From Octopus sinensis (Eukaryota), in contig NC_043000.1 of NCBI RefSeq assembly GCF_006345805.1, positions 108,190,001 through 108,254,000 of the forward strand: a stretch of DNA of 64,000 nt. Direction: 5' to 3'. Below, in pieces: positions 50,207 to 64,000 of the stretch; position 1 is the stretch's first letter; every line of letters begins with the position of its first letter. Under the pieces are notes generated by a model. It made no database searches. It saw only the letters and a list, made by a program, of their open reading frames with translations, and was not told the origin of the DNA. Made by a program: the position numbers and the translations under genes.

Positions 50207-53152
50207 TATATATGTATTTATGTATATCATACTTAGTGTATATATATTTAGTATATATCATATACAAATCAAATATAAAAATAATATATAAAAATTAGGT
50301 GTTTGTACAAAGAAAAGTTGGAAACAAACACCCTGTGAAAACATCATGGTTAACACAGTCATTTGGAGATTAAGCTGCGTGTCATCTCAGATAAGATGTA
50401 GTGAGATACAAGGTTTATTTCTTTCATAAATAAGAAAGTTGACTGCGTTCGTGTGCTTTTGAAAGAGACTCGTTTGCTTCATGCAAGCGGTCCAGGTCTG
50501 AGGTTAGATGAAAAGCTTGCAACGATTACGCTCGTGTGAAGAGTAACCTCTATACAGTTGGTGTAATCTTTATAAGTATGAATGGTTTAAAATGTCGCTA
50601 CTGTTTAGGAGCAAGAATGCAAGGGTTATATTCTACCTTGAGTTGTATCACAATTCATAGAGTGAGTTTGAGAGAAGTCTGTCAAAGGGAAGTTTCCACT
50701 CCGGGGACGAAATACGGAAGGAGTTAACAGGCGAGCAGTTTAGCCGGAATGTTCTTATACAAGACACGGTTAAACGGTTGGGGACCTGTAGCGTATTACT
50801 TGAGTCAAACTTCTTACAGACGATAGGTTATTGGATAGGGACATAGCAGAGCAGTTCCCTAGTAGTTTAGATTCACAGAAGTCACACTAAGGCCTGGAAA
50901 TAATTCTAGTGTATCTCTATCGGAGTAAATAAGCTCACACACATGCGTGTATGCCTGCGAATAATGTTAACTACAGATTTTATTTGTTTTGAGATGATGG
51001 AGGCGAGGACGGTAGGACAATGTATTCAGGCTCAGATAGGTTGATGTTTTACGGAATGCGACTCACATAATTTGTTCTTCAAGATCGAGATATATCCCTG
51101 CATAGAAAGAAACTTCTCGAGAGCAGTGAATTACCGCTATCCATACAAATTCCTCGTCGAGGTTCACCACTGGCTGACTACATACTTCATGTCATAGTTT
51201 GACAGCGACCTAGCAAAGAGTAACCACAACCCGACTATGATATACGTGTGTATATGTGTGCATGTTTATACATTTAAATATATCAATAATCAATAAAAAC
51301 CATGTTGCTAGGTATTAAATAAGCACAGATGGGCAGGAAGTTGACGCCTGAAAGTTCAAATTCTTAAAATCCAATTTCTTAATCAAACTAAGGTACTCTA
51401 GGATCGAGTGAGTCGGCTTTAAAAATACCATTAAAGAGAAGGAAACAAACAACTATAGGTGTATGAATTTAATTACATGAGCTATTATGAAATTTACAAG
51501 ATATATACAATCAGATAATTACGACCGTTTCACTGCATCCTGCGAATAGTGGATATTATATAACATACTATGTAGATGATGTGCTGTGTCTACATATATG
51601 CTTTTGTGTAATCTTATAATGACTGCACTTTATCGCATAATAGGAATATGATATCCATTATTCATTGGATGATTCAAAACAGTTGTAAAAAATTGATTAT
51701 GTCATAGTAGATTTATATAATAACTCATGTAAATATAGTCGATTCGCCTATGAATATTTATCCATCTCTATTGATATTATATAATATATATATTTCGCGA
51801 CATTGGAAGACATGTGTTGCTTATTGATGCTTTGTTAGAGATGATGAAAAAAAAAGGTATATAAGTATCTAGGGTGATATAGAAACATATAAAAACATAA
51901 TCGAGTCAAAACTTTAGATCTCATGTGGTGGAAGCTACCATTATGGTTGGTTGTAAAAAGAGACAAGATTCTTTTATTTGACGCATTCCTGAATTTCATC
52001 CAATACATACTAAATAAAATTAAAGTGAAACTGTGTATATCAAAATTTTGACTACGAAATGTATACATATTTTTTACGGATGTTAATAGAGGTATTGAGA
52101 TGAGCTTGATTTATAAGTACTGTTAGTTGTTGTTTAACATCAGGTCAGACCTGATCAAGAAGGCTCACGATCAAAGACTTCCAACCATGACATTCACTAA
52201 GCTTATCTCAGATTACATTCTTTAGTTTGATTTTCCAATTTAAAACTAGGCTGAATGAGATTGTGGAAACATGTGGCTGCTATTTTTTATTCGCCAAGTG
52301 ACCACGTGAAAGTGTGCCTAATGTCAGGAGAATAATGAATTAATAGAATTACAATAAAACGTGGGATTATACGCCGCAAAGCTTTTAGCTTTGCCTTTCT
52401 TTATTATTCATTGCAATCTTATTAGATTATATGCTCTTTTTATTCAGCTATGATCCATTTCATCAATTCGGATATTGATACAATAGAGCATAACATCTGC
52501 CGTGCCAAAATTGCCTTTCAGCCTCTTCAACGGAAAACAGTATATAAATGAATGAAAATAAGTTTCATTTTAAACTACATATCTACTACATTATATAAAT
52601 CTAAAACGGGTCATCTCACTATTCTGTTCAGATGATCCTAAACAGCTAGTGAATAAATAAATGCCAGTTAATCAAGAACAGTTCAGGCAATAATTCTTTC
52701 CACCCACGTTTCTTTCCTGTTCTATTCTAAAATCTTAGTATTTCCCATTTCAATGTATAATTTCATTCTATCATACATTCATACATAGCGTCTATCATTC
52801 TTGATCTTCGCTTCAGTGAAAGGTAGCTTATGACTTCAAAGAAGAAGAAACTATATTGATTATTTAATGTTCACTTCAACTTGATAATTCAGTTTTATTT
52901 TATTCCTTATCAAGTCTCACCGACCGTTAAAGAATATTCACTTCATTTGCATCGTTAATACTCTAGTATAATGCGTATTTCAGTTTCAGATTAACCTTAT
53001 CCCTAAAAAAAAATTGTATAATTCATATCACTTAGAAAATAGAAAATATAATAAAGGTCTACTCAGTGTCAGCATGAAAATGAAGTAACAGCAATAATAA
53101 TAATAATGGTTTCAAATTTTGGCACAAGGCCAGCAATTTAAGGGAGTGGGTA

Positions 53153-54376
53153 TGGTGTATACAAGGAGAGTGAGAAAAATATTACAGTCAAAATAGGATT
53201 CAAAGAAATTATTGGAAGCAATAAATGTAAGACTAGTACCGGTAATTCGATATGGATGTGGAATTGTAGATTGGAACAAAAGCTACACACTGAAACACGA
53301 CAGAAAAACTAGAAAGCTATTGACAATGTATGGAGCCCACTATGCAAAAGCTGTTATTAACTGGTTGTATTTGAAAAGAGGCCAGGGTTGCAGAAGCTTA
53401 ATTGCTGGGGAAAAGTGTGTATAGACTGAAAGAGGGAGCCTAATAGAATATTTCCATAACAGCACTGAGGAATTAGTAAAGGCAGTGAACAAGGGTGGAA
53501 TGGGAGAAAATGAGGGGAATGAAATTCAAGGAGAGCATGTTAAATATATTGAAGAGAAACCTTTGCGTGGTCAGTTTTGGAAACCCATTGAGGGTGTATG
53601 TTGAACACAAACCTGGCCTTGTTTGAAAAACGGGCAACTAGAAAAAGAAACAAAGCTCAAAATCAAGCATTTCATTATGGCAAGCAATTTCAGAAAATAT
53701 GTATACGGGATAGAGGTGTGTGGATTTTTGGATGAAACAATGGTATACATTATTGCAGTATGTCTCAAGCAAGCTCAGGGAGAATATAAGAAATGGAAGT
53801 ATGACGAAGCAGCGAAAGTTTTGCACTGGAATCTTTGTCAGAAATGAGAGTTTGAAGTTAGAACTACTTGGTATAATCATCAAGATTAAAGAGTACCTGA
53901 GTTGGATAAATACAAGATTTTATGGGATTTTATAGTTCAAACGGACAAGATAGAAAATGATAAACGAGATATAACAGTAATAGACAAGGAAAAGTGAAGT
54001 TGTTTACTAATTGATCCATCATGTGTTTGGTTCTAGGATTGTAAAGAAATAGATAGAAAAATTTAAACGAATAAAATCCCATAAATTTCAAATTACAAGA
54101 ATTTGAATTACGAAAACTAAAAATTCTGCATGTCATAATTGGTGAATTAAGGACGATGTGTAATAATATAGACAAATGGCCGAAGGTGATTGGAATGCAA
54201 TGTCATATAAAGCTTCAACAGACGGTTTGCCTCTTAGGAACAATAAAGATTATTAGAAAGGTCTTGAGCACTTGAACAATTATTGAAGGTTTGTGGATAT
54301 CAAACGTTACTAGTAGTTAGCTGCTAGCCACATAAATCCTGTCATAGAATAAAAGTAAACCTAAGTCAAAGTCAAA
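53153..54376 (+). mobile_element. R4/Dong-clade LINE, 5'-truncated and decayed (copy D5)
   Basis: EAINVRLVPVIRYGCGIVDW..DRKTRKLLTMYGA..LYLKR; CGFLDETMVYIIAVC..AAKVLHWNLCQK; ILWDF..; LLGTIKIIRKVLST*; (AAT)n tail. Confidence 0.85.
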
Positions 54377-54389
54377 TAATAATAATTCT

Positions 54390-54600
54390 TTCTGCTACAG
54401 CTAGTAGGTTATAGCTTTTAATGGAGGTGGGGGCTAATCGATTAGATCAACACCAGTGATTAACTTGTACTTCTCTTTTCGGCCCCGAAAGGATGAAAGG
54501 CAAAGTTGACCTCGGTGAAATTTGAACTCAGGACGTTAAGACGAACGAAATACCACCAAGCATTTTGCTCGGTGTACTAACGATTCTGTGAGCTCGTACC
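54390..54600 (-). mobile_element. tRNA-derived SINE family A within an (AAT)n array
   Basis: Reverse complement of the family A body; (AAT)n on both sides. Confidence 0.8.
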
Positions 54601-54609
54601 AATGATGAT

Positions 54610-54640
<31 letters not shown>

Positions 54641-54679
54641 TTAATAATAATAATAATAATAGCAATAATAATAATAATA

Positions 54680-54713
<34 letters not shown>

Positions 54714-54714
54714 C

Positions 54715-54922
54715 CTTTCTATTATAAACACAACGCCTAAAATTTGGGGGAGGGGGGTCGTCGATTATATCGACCCCAGTAGTCCACTGATACTTATTTC
54801 ATCGACCCCAAAAGGATGAAAAGCAAAGTCGACCTCAATGGAATTTGAACTCCGAACGCAAAGACGGCCGAAATGCCGCTAAGCATTTTGCCCTACGTGT
54901 TAACACTTCTACCAGCTCAGCG
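54715..54922 (-). mobile_element. tRNA-derived SINE family A within an (AAT)n array
   Basis: As above; second copy separated by about 110 bp of (AAT)n. Confidence 0.85.
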
Positions 54923-56778
54923 TCAATGATAATTACAATAATAACAATAACAATAATAATAATATCAAGAAAATGACTTATCTCGTAAAAAACAGAAGCC
55001 TGAAATAGCTGTTACGAAGCTCATTTATGTTTTATTTATGAATCTCTTGGTGATGAAAAAAGTATAAATTGCTTATTGAGATTCTTACAGGCTGGTAAAT
55101 TTTGATAATTCTATGACTTATGTGCAGTCGATGTCGATTCTGAGTTATTTGCAAGTTTATTGCTGCAGGGAAGTTATGGATGTGAAAGATATTCTTGAGG
55201 GTTACACTTCTGAAAAAAAGAAAGAACGTAGATTTGTATGAATGTATGTAAATGGGTTTGTGTGTATATGATCGTGTATTATGAAGGTATGCTTGCTCGT
55301 ATGTGTAAGACTATAATGCAAGTATGCACACATCAAAACACCCACACAAGTCCCCCTTACACACACACACACACACATACACACACACACACACAGAATA
55401 AGTTTCAGAGGTTTCATTCAGTTAAAGAAGGTGCGTGAAAGAAATAGTAAATTGATAGAACTTGAATCTGTTGAAACATCAGTAGAAAGTGGACTCTTCG
55501 GAGTCTGCGTCTACTTTTGTTCGTGGGTTGTGATGATCTGGGACTTGAGCATATGTTAGTAATTGTCTTCAAAAATTCCAGGGAAGTGAATGTGGGAGAG
55601 CAGTCAACAAGCGATAAGTCTTTTATAATTGCATATTAGTTCCCATTATATAAATCCCTGTTGCCAAATCGGTATCCTGAGGTCAGCGATTTTGCTTTAA
55701 TATATGGATATTGAAAATCGAGGTTACTAAAAGCCATAACCTGAAAGAAGTTTAATTTCAACTCTGATATTATAGATAGCGGTAATATGGTTATTTTACA
55801 CGAGGCCAAAAACACTTGTGCTGTATTTTGTTAGTTCAGGTGTCTATTGACAGGAAAATATTAATCAAAGTTGAAAAAGCTGACATATTGCTGTTTCGTT
55901 CATGATTGAAATGCAAATTCGTGGTTTCAAGGCATTTGTCGGCCAATTCACAAAAAGAATGTTGTAGTCGTACATTATTGATATGAGTTGCAATGTTGAA
56001 TATACATTAACATTTCTAGAGGCACATTTGGAAACAGATTATAATCTGGTCATTAGCCTTATGTCGAGACACTAATTCATAGAAACCATTGGAAAATTGG
56101 TCATTTGCATCTCTCTTTTCTCAGTTTGCGCAATACATACGCATAGTGGTAGACTTATTTCAAATGAACTAGTGGAAAGGAATATGTGTTCCTGTTCAGG
56201 TAGGATGTTGGGGGTTGCAGGAAGGCCACTCTGCACTACCTTTGTACTGGACACCAATAGTGGCCAGTATGTGGAAGGCCATAAAAGTGGTTATGGGGAC
56301 GCGACAGTTTACTTCAAGGTGGCTTTAGATCAAAAGGTGTGAGATTGATCAACACTGGTTGAGTTATCTGCTTTTAGCAAGATCTGATTGCTAAATGCAT
56401 GAAACCCTCAATGATCCCAGGTAACATCAATGACGATGTGTTTAAGTACATCCCATGACAATCTATGGAAGCAAATAGAATACTGGTACCACCAAAGCTG
56501 ACCTTTACATCTCGAAAGAAATTTATTCATCTAAATGCCATATTCCAATTATTACTAATTTTACAATCCAATTTTAATTATCACCAAGTTCTACTTGTTC
56601 TATATTTCGCAATGCACATCTAAATGATCAATTTATTCCAACTATTTGTTGAATTCAAGTATACAAGTAGTGCATCTATAATTACAGAATTCCGAATTTC
56701 ACGAAGCCGGTCCCCAGCAGAACTCCTAAATCAGCTTTTAATTGCAACAATAAATCTTATTCACAACCTATAAATATT

Positions 56779-56992
56779 GGTTTCAAATTTTGGCAAATGT
56801 CGAAACTTTCGGGGTAGGGGGCTAAGTCGATTACATTGACCCCCAGCGTTCAAGTGGTACTTATTTTATCGACGCTGAACGGACGAAAGGTAAAGTCTAC
56901 CTCGGCGGAATTTGAATTCCGAACGTAAAGCCGGACGAAAAACTGCTATGCATTATGCCTGGCGCCGTAACGAGTCTGCCAGCTTGCTGCTT
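56779..56992 (-). mobile_element. tRNA-derived SINE family A
   Basis: ggtttcaaattttggc...gaatttgaattccgaacg...ctgccagcttgctgctt. Confidence 0.8.
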
Positions 56993-59129
56993 AAAAACTT
57001 ATAAATGTTGACTACTCTTAAAAGTCTTTCACTAGATGTTTGAGTGTCTTTATCTAGAACTACACGTACAAATACACAATATTATCTACCTGCTTGTACA
57101 TAGGTCGATATATCTACATTGTATAGGTCAAATTGTGTTCTACAGCTTTTATAAATGTTCAAGCGTGCCGTTGGCTGAAGATAAGGCACAACCTAGCTGT
57201 ACTAACGACACCCAATAAGACATAAATACGTCCCCTTTCCCTATGGAGTTGGTACCAACCGCCACCAAGCATTTTGTTTATTTTCTGTGCAAGTCGAGAT
57301 TTTCTCAATAAATCGATAATCTATCTTGCATGTTATTTAATATAACCATATTATACGTATGTGCGTATTCATATGTATGTTTATAAAAAAAAGAACGATG
57401 TGGGCGTGAATGTGTAACTAGGCGTTTACGTTGAAATGTCAGAATTGGTGACATAAGAATAAATATATGCTATGCGTAGATTAGTTAGATAACTGGCTAG
57501 AAGGATGGAATGGAGGGAGACTAGTCGGATGGAGAAAATATTACAAGATAGATAAGAAAAAATCTTATGAAATTAAACATAGTTTTCTCTTTATTTAATA
57601 TATTTGTTTTACCCGCTCGTTCTTTCTTTCCTTGTTTCGTCTCATTTTATTCCGTCTCTCATTCTCATACTATCGTTTGAGCTTCACCTATCACCTTAAC
57701 TACAGACGGCATGATTAAATATTTATAGCGATACTAGTCACACGCCTGACAACTGTTCATTACAGTCAGTCTAAATAATAAGATCAGGTGATAAGCTCTC
57801 TTCTCTAGGCTGTTGCTCTGCATATAGTTTATTAATGCATAGCAGACTTTTCAGCTCTTTGTGCACTGTTTCTGTTTCGTGTAATAAGATTTTCTTTTGC
57901 GTAAAAGGAATGATACTGAGTACAGGCATAATTGTTTGGTGCAGTTATATTTTATTAAAATATCGATATAATGAGTGTGATTTAGTGGTGTATCGATATA
58001 ACGTAAATTATTAAAATATATAGTTAACTATGCAAACAACAGATAGAAGGGGTGCATGGGTGGTTAAGACGTAAGAATAATGAACAACAAACCAAGGGGT
58101 GGGTGTTTCGTATCATTACCAAACGTGCCAATGTAACTACACAGACAATATACCGCTGTGAAATGTTACAGTTTTGTCAGATTGATGACTGATATCTATA
58201 AATAACAAAGTCTCCTGTATGTACACGTGTTTATGGGTTTGTTAACATGTGTATATTGACAACAGACTGCATATCTGTAGAGATGGGTGTGTATTTTATT
58301 AAAACTATACCGGCGTTCTATATAGTATTTCATATTGAGCAGCGAAAGAGGAGAGTCATGATCAAATCTGGTGAGGTTAATATTCATTTTAGTATGAAAC
58401 GTTACGTAAACAGATAGATAAATAACAGATATACAAAAATAATAAAAGGATGTGTGTGCATGCGCGCACGATTGTGTGTGTGTGAGAGTGTTACATAGAG
58501 AAGAAGAGAAGAGAGTGGGAGATACTTATGGAGACAGAATAATAAAGACTGGTACAGATACATTGGCAGTTTAACTTCCACTGTTCTTTTACCGACGATA
58601 CTGGCACCGAAGCCAAATTATTTCCTATATTGAAACTGTGTACACTAGTTTGTGTCCACAGCCATGTGCATACGTATCTGAAAATACTAAAATTTCAGCA
58701 AATCAACAAGGGCTCTCTCTACGTTGTTGCTCGACCCTACAAGAAATACTATCGAACAATCATCATATAACAGCTCTGCTATCTTAAAAGACTAGATACA
58801 TTACGCAGTGAAGTCCCTGACACTCCTAAAATGTCGCTAAAATCAACGCAAGAATTACATCAATCTAAGGTCTAATTACTCTGAGCTAACCTGGAGTTAG
58901 ACAACAAAAACAGTAACTGATACTCCAGCAAACCAATTAAGAACCAAGGAATAGACATCTACGTGGTTTCGTCAAATGTTAGAATTACTATGCTCATCGC
59001 ACTCAAATCACTCACTATCATCTTGTTTAAGCAAATGTTATTAACAAGCTAATACTTGTCATTTTAATAAAAACTGGGATACATATAACTAGATACCAAG
59101 GATATCGGAACTAGAGAACTGTGGACATA

Positions 59130-59860
59130 ATAATAATTATTGATAATTACCTTTCTCCCAAATTCTTTTACTCAACCAATACCCTTTCTGTAGATTGCTT
59201 AACCAATATTTTAGTCGAAGCAACATAATTCATATTTCTTCTTGTCGAAGAAATCTCCACTAACTTCATAAAATCCCCCAACTTATAATTCTTCAGCAAA
59301 GATAACCTTGTTAACAATAATTTCACACAACCAAACTTCTGTATATGCTTCCTGCTCTGCTTCTAATCCTACACTGCACGCGTACAGCAAAAGATCCGTC
59401 CAAAATCTATTCTCGCCTCCATCATACTTATACATAAATTCGTTGTCCAAGTCAAATGATTTTCTGTTCACTTTAATCCTAAGAAGAGATTGGTTTTTAT
59501 AGCATCTAATCCAATGTGGAGGCGCGTGGCCTAGTGGACAGAGCAGCGGACTCGCGGTCGAGGGATCGCGGGTTCGAATCTCAGACCGAGCGATGTGTGT
59601 GCTTATGAGCGAAACACCTAAGTTCGACGCGGCTCCGGCAGAAGGTAATGGCGAACTTCTGCTGCCTCTTTCGCCACAATTTTCTCTCACTTTTTCCTCC
59701 TGCATCTTGCAGGTCGCCTGCGACAGACCGGCGTCCCGTCCAGATGGGGAAACCGGGAAACTGGCCCTTATGAGCCAGGCATGGCTTGAGAAGGAACAAA
59801 ACAACATCTAATCCAGTATTCTTAAAAAGTCCGTTGAATGATATATATGTCACCCCTATG
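59130..59860 (-). mobile_element. Possible L1/Tx1-clade LINE post-RT fragment, split by a SINE
   Basis: YWIRCYKNQ..ENRFWTDLL..EVWLCEIIVNKVIFAEEL*..GFYEVSGDFFD loosely resembles the Tx1 C-terminal region; recall only. Confidence 0.35.
59514..59804 (+). mobile_element. tRNA-derived SINE family E, full length with 11-bp TSD
   Basis: A-box tggcctagtgg, B-box ggttcgaatc, core accggcgtcccgtccag (V-domain-like by recall); TSD catctaatcca at 59503-59513 and 59805-59815. Confidence 0.9.
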
Positions 59861-59968
59861 ATCTACGATGCACCTCGTCGACATATTTGTGGTTCCTTTT
59901 CCCTAAAAAATGACACCCTTCGATTTTGTATGTATGACTAACACCCATGTTAACTTACTCGTCTACAG

Positions 59969-60205
59969 CATTGGTTTTAAACAGGGGCTCCTATGGCCCT
60001 TAGGGATCCACATAAGGTTTTGTCAAAATGTTTGTGAAATAACTTGATTATACATCTACAATACACTAAATATTTAACAAATTTTTTATACAATTCCTAA
60101 TAATATTTAATTATAAAAATATAAGACTTGCTAAAAGATCGAAAGGGTCCAAGTAAAATAGGAATCAAACGGGTCCATAGACAAAAAAATGATTCATAGC
60201 CCCTG
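59969..60205 (+). mobile_element. hAT-family MITE
   Basis: 8-bp TSD gtctacag at 59961-59968 and 60206-60213; decayed ends cattggttttaaac and ttcatagcccctg. Confidence 0.8.
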
Positions 60206-60439
60206 GTCTACAGGTTCAAATATGTCTTTTTTCTTTGGAATTGCCAGCTTAATAATGAGGTGTGTGCCAATGAAACAACGTCTAATATGATCCGGCGTTT
60301 TTTTAAGATGGTAACGTTTAATGTTATTTACATTGACAGGCGAAAATCTACCCAGAATCCCATTATGGCAATAAGCTCAAAGGTGTGCTATTTTCTCTTT
60401 GTCCTTTCTCAGTCTGTGTGTCCCGCTGCCTACTTATTC

Positions 60440-60471
60440 TACTACTACTACTACTAGTGCTGCTGCTGCAG

Positions 60472-60565
<94 letters not shown>

Positions 60566-60566
60566 A
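60440..60566. repeat. (CTA)n/(CTG)n/(CCA)n compound microsatellite
   Basis: Directly visible. Confidence 0.95.
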
Positions 60567-61201
60567 TCTTCTATACATATGATAGAAGCTTTAGTATTAT
60601 CGATTCACTCCTCGCCTCTTGTCACTCCTACTGTGTCACATCACTTTGATCCTGCATAAGCAAATACCTAACTACTAATCTAAGAGATATAGCACTCCCC
60701 CTTGGCTGCATAACCTACGCATTTTCAAACAACAGAACTCAACTGCCCGTTTTGCCTTTCAATGGTAATGATTACTGAAACTACATATGATAGATTTAAA
60801 AAGAATAATAATATGCTGTATAACAATTACGAGATATGAAATACAACAATATACAGAAAATACAAGAGCGCTTACTTATAAAAGTTCAATATTGTTTTGC
60901 TAGTCTTTTACCCCTACCTTTACTCATGTTAATTCCTGTAGTTCATACATAGGCCGCTCTAGTTAACTGCATAGCGAACGGTGATAAGCAACTGTATAGT
61001 AGAAAACGATCCCTTGGATTGCTCAATGTGTTGTTATGTTCTTATTTAGACTGAGATGAGCCTTGAAAGAGTATTTCAGTCGTCAGAATCCAATCAGTTT
61101 TTTCTGTAGGTCTTCATAGGGCCTGCTTTACATACAACGTTAATATTCAGATGTTCAAACTGGTTGACTGTACGGAATCAGTGTGGCGACTGTTTAACAA
61201 A

Positions 61202-61441
61202 GCTAACCTATTTCTTTACTACCCACAAGGGGCTAAACACAGAGAGGACAAAAAAGGACAGACAAACGGATTTAGTCGATTATATCAACCCCAGTGCGTA
61301 ACTGGTACTTATTTGATCGACCCTGAAAGGATGGAAGGCAAAGTCGACCTCGGCGGAATTTGAACTCAGAACGTTTCGGCTGACAAAATACCGCTAAGCA
61401 TTTCGCCCGGTGTGCTAACGTTTCTGCCAGCTCGCCGTCTT
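61202..61441 (-). mobile_element. tRNA-derived SINE family A variant with 12-bp TSD
   Basis: TSD ctgtttaacaaa at 61190-61201 and 61442-61453; different 3' tail from other family A copies. Confidence 0.88.
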
Positions 61442-62521
61442 CTGTTTAACAAACCTGAACCCATGATTTTCAGATACAATTTTTCTGACGATCTTCCACA
61501 CAGTTTTCAAGACTAAATTTCACTCAAAAAGCATAGGCAAATCATAATGTCTAGACGTAGTATGTACAGAACTTTATTGTCCAGTGTGTCCGTTATATTT
61601 TCAAGATGATAGTATGTGTCAAACTCGTTTGGCTTTTTAAGACCGGATTAAAGAATAAACCAGAACATTTGGGCTAGATAAGGACAGTTATTCATCAAAA
61701 CTCTATTTATAATGGCGGAAAGAGGAAAAGAATACGATTAACAGTAAAGAAATGAATACGAAGTTAACAAAATTCGCATGAAAATAATGTAAGGAAAACT
61801 CATGCTCATTGTATACAAACTGTCCTATTAAGAAAGAGACCGTAGAGTGAGAACAGAGATAGAAATTGTATGAATATATACAGCTCTTAAAAAGACCATT
61901 GCTTTTTAAAGATCTTGAAATGTTTCAGCAACAAAACTCTTCAATCTGCTTCAATAGCATCTATTCAGACAAACGCGGGTGAAATTCGGGAAACAGAACA
62001 AAAACGAATAATGCTTTCGTTTGCTTAGGTGTGGATAGAAAAAGAGAAGAGAATATAAGTCACAACTTTTAAGTGTATTGGTTTATAAGTTTATTTTTCA
62101 TTGATTAAGACAACAAAAGAACCTCTTAGGTGCACTCATGTGAGTAATTAGAACCGGTGTTAATTACGTCTCAAGTTGGACTTCGACAGTGAATCCATTT
62201 AATGATATATGCTTTAAAGAATGCTTTTAAATACTTTGCATAATATACATAATTGACTCTGACTACACCTGCTGCTGGTCGGATTCGGTGTATTACAGAC
62301 ATCTCTATGGTATAGGAGATTTGGTTGCTACATCTAGCCTGTCGAGCTACTCCGTAGAGAATACCTCAGTGATACTCACAAGGGGCTATTTCATTCTTAA
62401 ATGCAACTGATGATTCCTTAACGTTATGTATGCACAGCAATCCCTTTGCAATTGTTATACTTATATGTATAGTACTAGTTAGAATAAAACTGCGCTAAAT
62501 TCGAGAAAGAACAACATACTG

Positions 62522-62933
62522 CTCTTTTACTCTCTTTTACTCTTTTACTTGTTTCAGTCATTTGACTGCGGCCATGCTGGAGCACCGCCTTTAATCGAGC
62601 AACTCGACCCCGGGTTTTATTCTTTTGTAAGCCCAGTACTTATTCTATCGGTCTCTTTTGCCGAACTTCTAAGTAACGGGGACATAAACACTTCAGCATC
62701 GGTTGTCAAGCAATGCTAGGGGGACAAACACAGACACACAAGCACACACACGTGTATTTATATATATACATATATATACGACGGGCTTCTTTCAGTTTCC
62801 GTCTACCAAATCCACTCACAAGGCTTTGGTCGGCCCGAGGCTATAGTAGAAGACACTTGCCCAAGGTGCCACGCAGTGGGACTGAACCCGGAACCATGTG
62901 GTTGGTAAACAAGCTACTTACCACACAGCCACT
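62522..62933 (-). mobile_element. tRNA-derived SINE family B
   Basis: Homologous end to end with 13169-13579. Confidence 0.9.
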
Positions 62934-63589
62934 AAATTATTAGTTTTATTTTTTTATGAGAGATTTACCAGTATGGCAACGCTTAGTATTTTTACTACAA
63001 AAGCCACAAACGGTGTATGAATTTTTCTCAAAATATTCTACGGTATATGACGTGTAATGATGTCTTCAAAAGATTCATAAGTGTATTAAAAAAGATGAGG
63101 AATTTGGTTTATGTGACATGCTTCCATATTGAAAATTACTCCCTTTCGTAACAAAAGAAATTGCGATGTTGAATCGCTGTCATTTCCAAGACTTTCATAA
63201 TTCAAGCTGTATGCTTGAGATTTCAAAATTAAGCGAATCCTTGTCAATCTGTATTTTCATTGATTTGAAAAGGATATAAAGAAGTGAATTAAATTATATA
63301 TAATAGGAGTATGTGTTGGCAATTTTCTGAGATTTATGGCAATTTCTTCCATATTTTGCGCAATAAATCTTACTTGAGGCCAACTTATGCGTAATAGCTA
63401 TTGCAGTTATAAATTAAATACTAAATGCATGTCTCACCATGTAAAGCTCAAGGGTGTATTATAATTATCGCAAGTTTGAGATCCATGAGTGCTATATAGA
63501 TATGCATATTTATGCACACTTAAATTTGAACATGCACATGTAAGCATGTATACATACATATATATATACGAGTGTGTGAATGAGTGTGT

Positions 63590-63855
63590 GAAGGCGGGTG
63601 GATGTATGATGAGGCTGCTGCATTCACGATCACAAGGTTCTGGTTTCGATTCCCAGACCCGCAGTACATTATGTTGTGTTCTTCAGGAAGACAGTCCATT
63701 TCACGGTGCTTCAGTCCATGCAACTCTAAATGGGTGGGTTACGCTGCATCGAACGGGCGATCCGTTCTCGGGGAATGTCGACTTGCCCGCCTAGCCAGCA
63801 GAGTGGCATCATTCGGAAACTACAACAATGTAAGATGGGGCATTGTGACCGATGT
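63590..63855 (+). mobile_element. Decayed tRNA-derived SINE
   Basis: gaaggcgggtgg..cacgatcacaaggttctggtttcgattcccagacc head; gcatcgaacgggcgatccgttctcgggg core. Confidence 0.6.
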
Positions 63856-64000
63856 GTGTGTGTGCGTGTGTGTGAACTAGTGCTAGCATTCTATCTTAAA
63901 TTCAATGTATTCAGTAGTGATATTATATTTTAAACATAGTGTATCTTAGAGACAGCATTTCTTATATATATGTATGTATGCATGTATGAATGTATGTATG

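Noticed and set aside
50400-50940. GC-richer segment that might be coding or LTR-derived
   Set aside because: No recognisable motif in any frame and no LTR pair, PBS or TSD found
56040-56520. Possible Helitron Pif1-helicase relic on the minus strand (SFGGTSILFA; FEISL-TT-MR)
   Set aside because: Only two weak motif echoes with wrong spacing and many stops
59514-59590. tRNA-like sequence with A and B boxes
   Set aside because: It is the head of a TSD-flanked SINE and has no complete cloverleaf; other SINE heads were rejected as tRNA genes likewise

Overview
A 64 kb AT-rich, microsatellite-dense eukaryotic window that is almost entirely repeat-derived. The SINE heads, Penelope-like ends and (TAA)n-associated LINEs resemble those I recall from Octopus genomes; this is recall-based inference, not a database result. 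I found no host protein-coding exon, rRNA, genuine tRNA gene or CRISPR array that I can support. Recognisable content: five fragments plus one stub of R4/Dong-type (RLE) LINEs stacked in (TAA)n arrays; a 2.9 kb 5'-truncated CR1-group APE-RT LINE; RTE and possible L1/Tx1 remnants; several tRNA-derived SINE families; mariner (DD34D) and DD37D elements; a Chapaev3-like element; a piggyBac/Helitron mosaic; a hAT MITE with an 8-bp TSD; and an unassigned transposase-like open frame. Best leads: (i) three Penelope-like ends with a shared hammerhead-like architecture and variant cores (CUGU-N-GA in two copies of one family); (ii) a perfect 892-bp (TA)34-centred palindrome beside two older diverged fold-backs, suggesting recurrent template switching, although an assembly artefact must be excluded; (iii) a SINE family lying antiparallel to the Dong LINEs in both (TAA)n clusters; (iv) a Helitron-bounded split piggyBac. 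None of these is established as a novel system from sequence alone.
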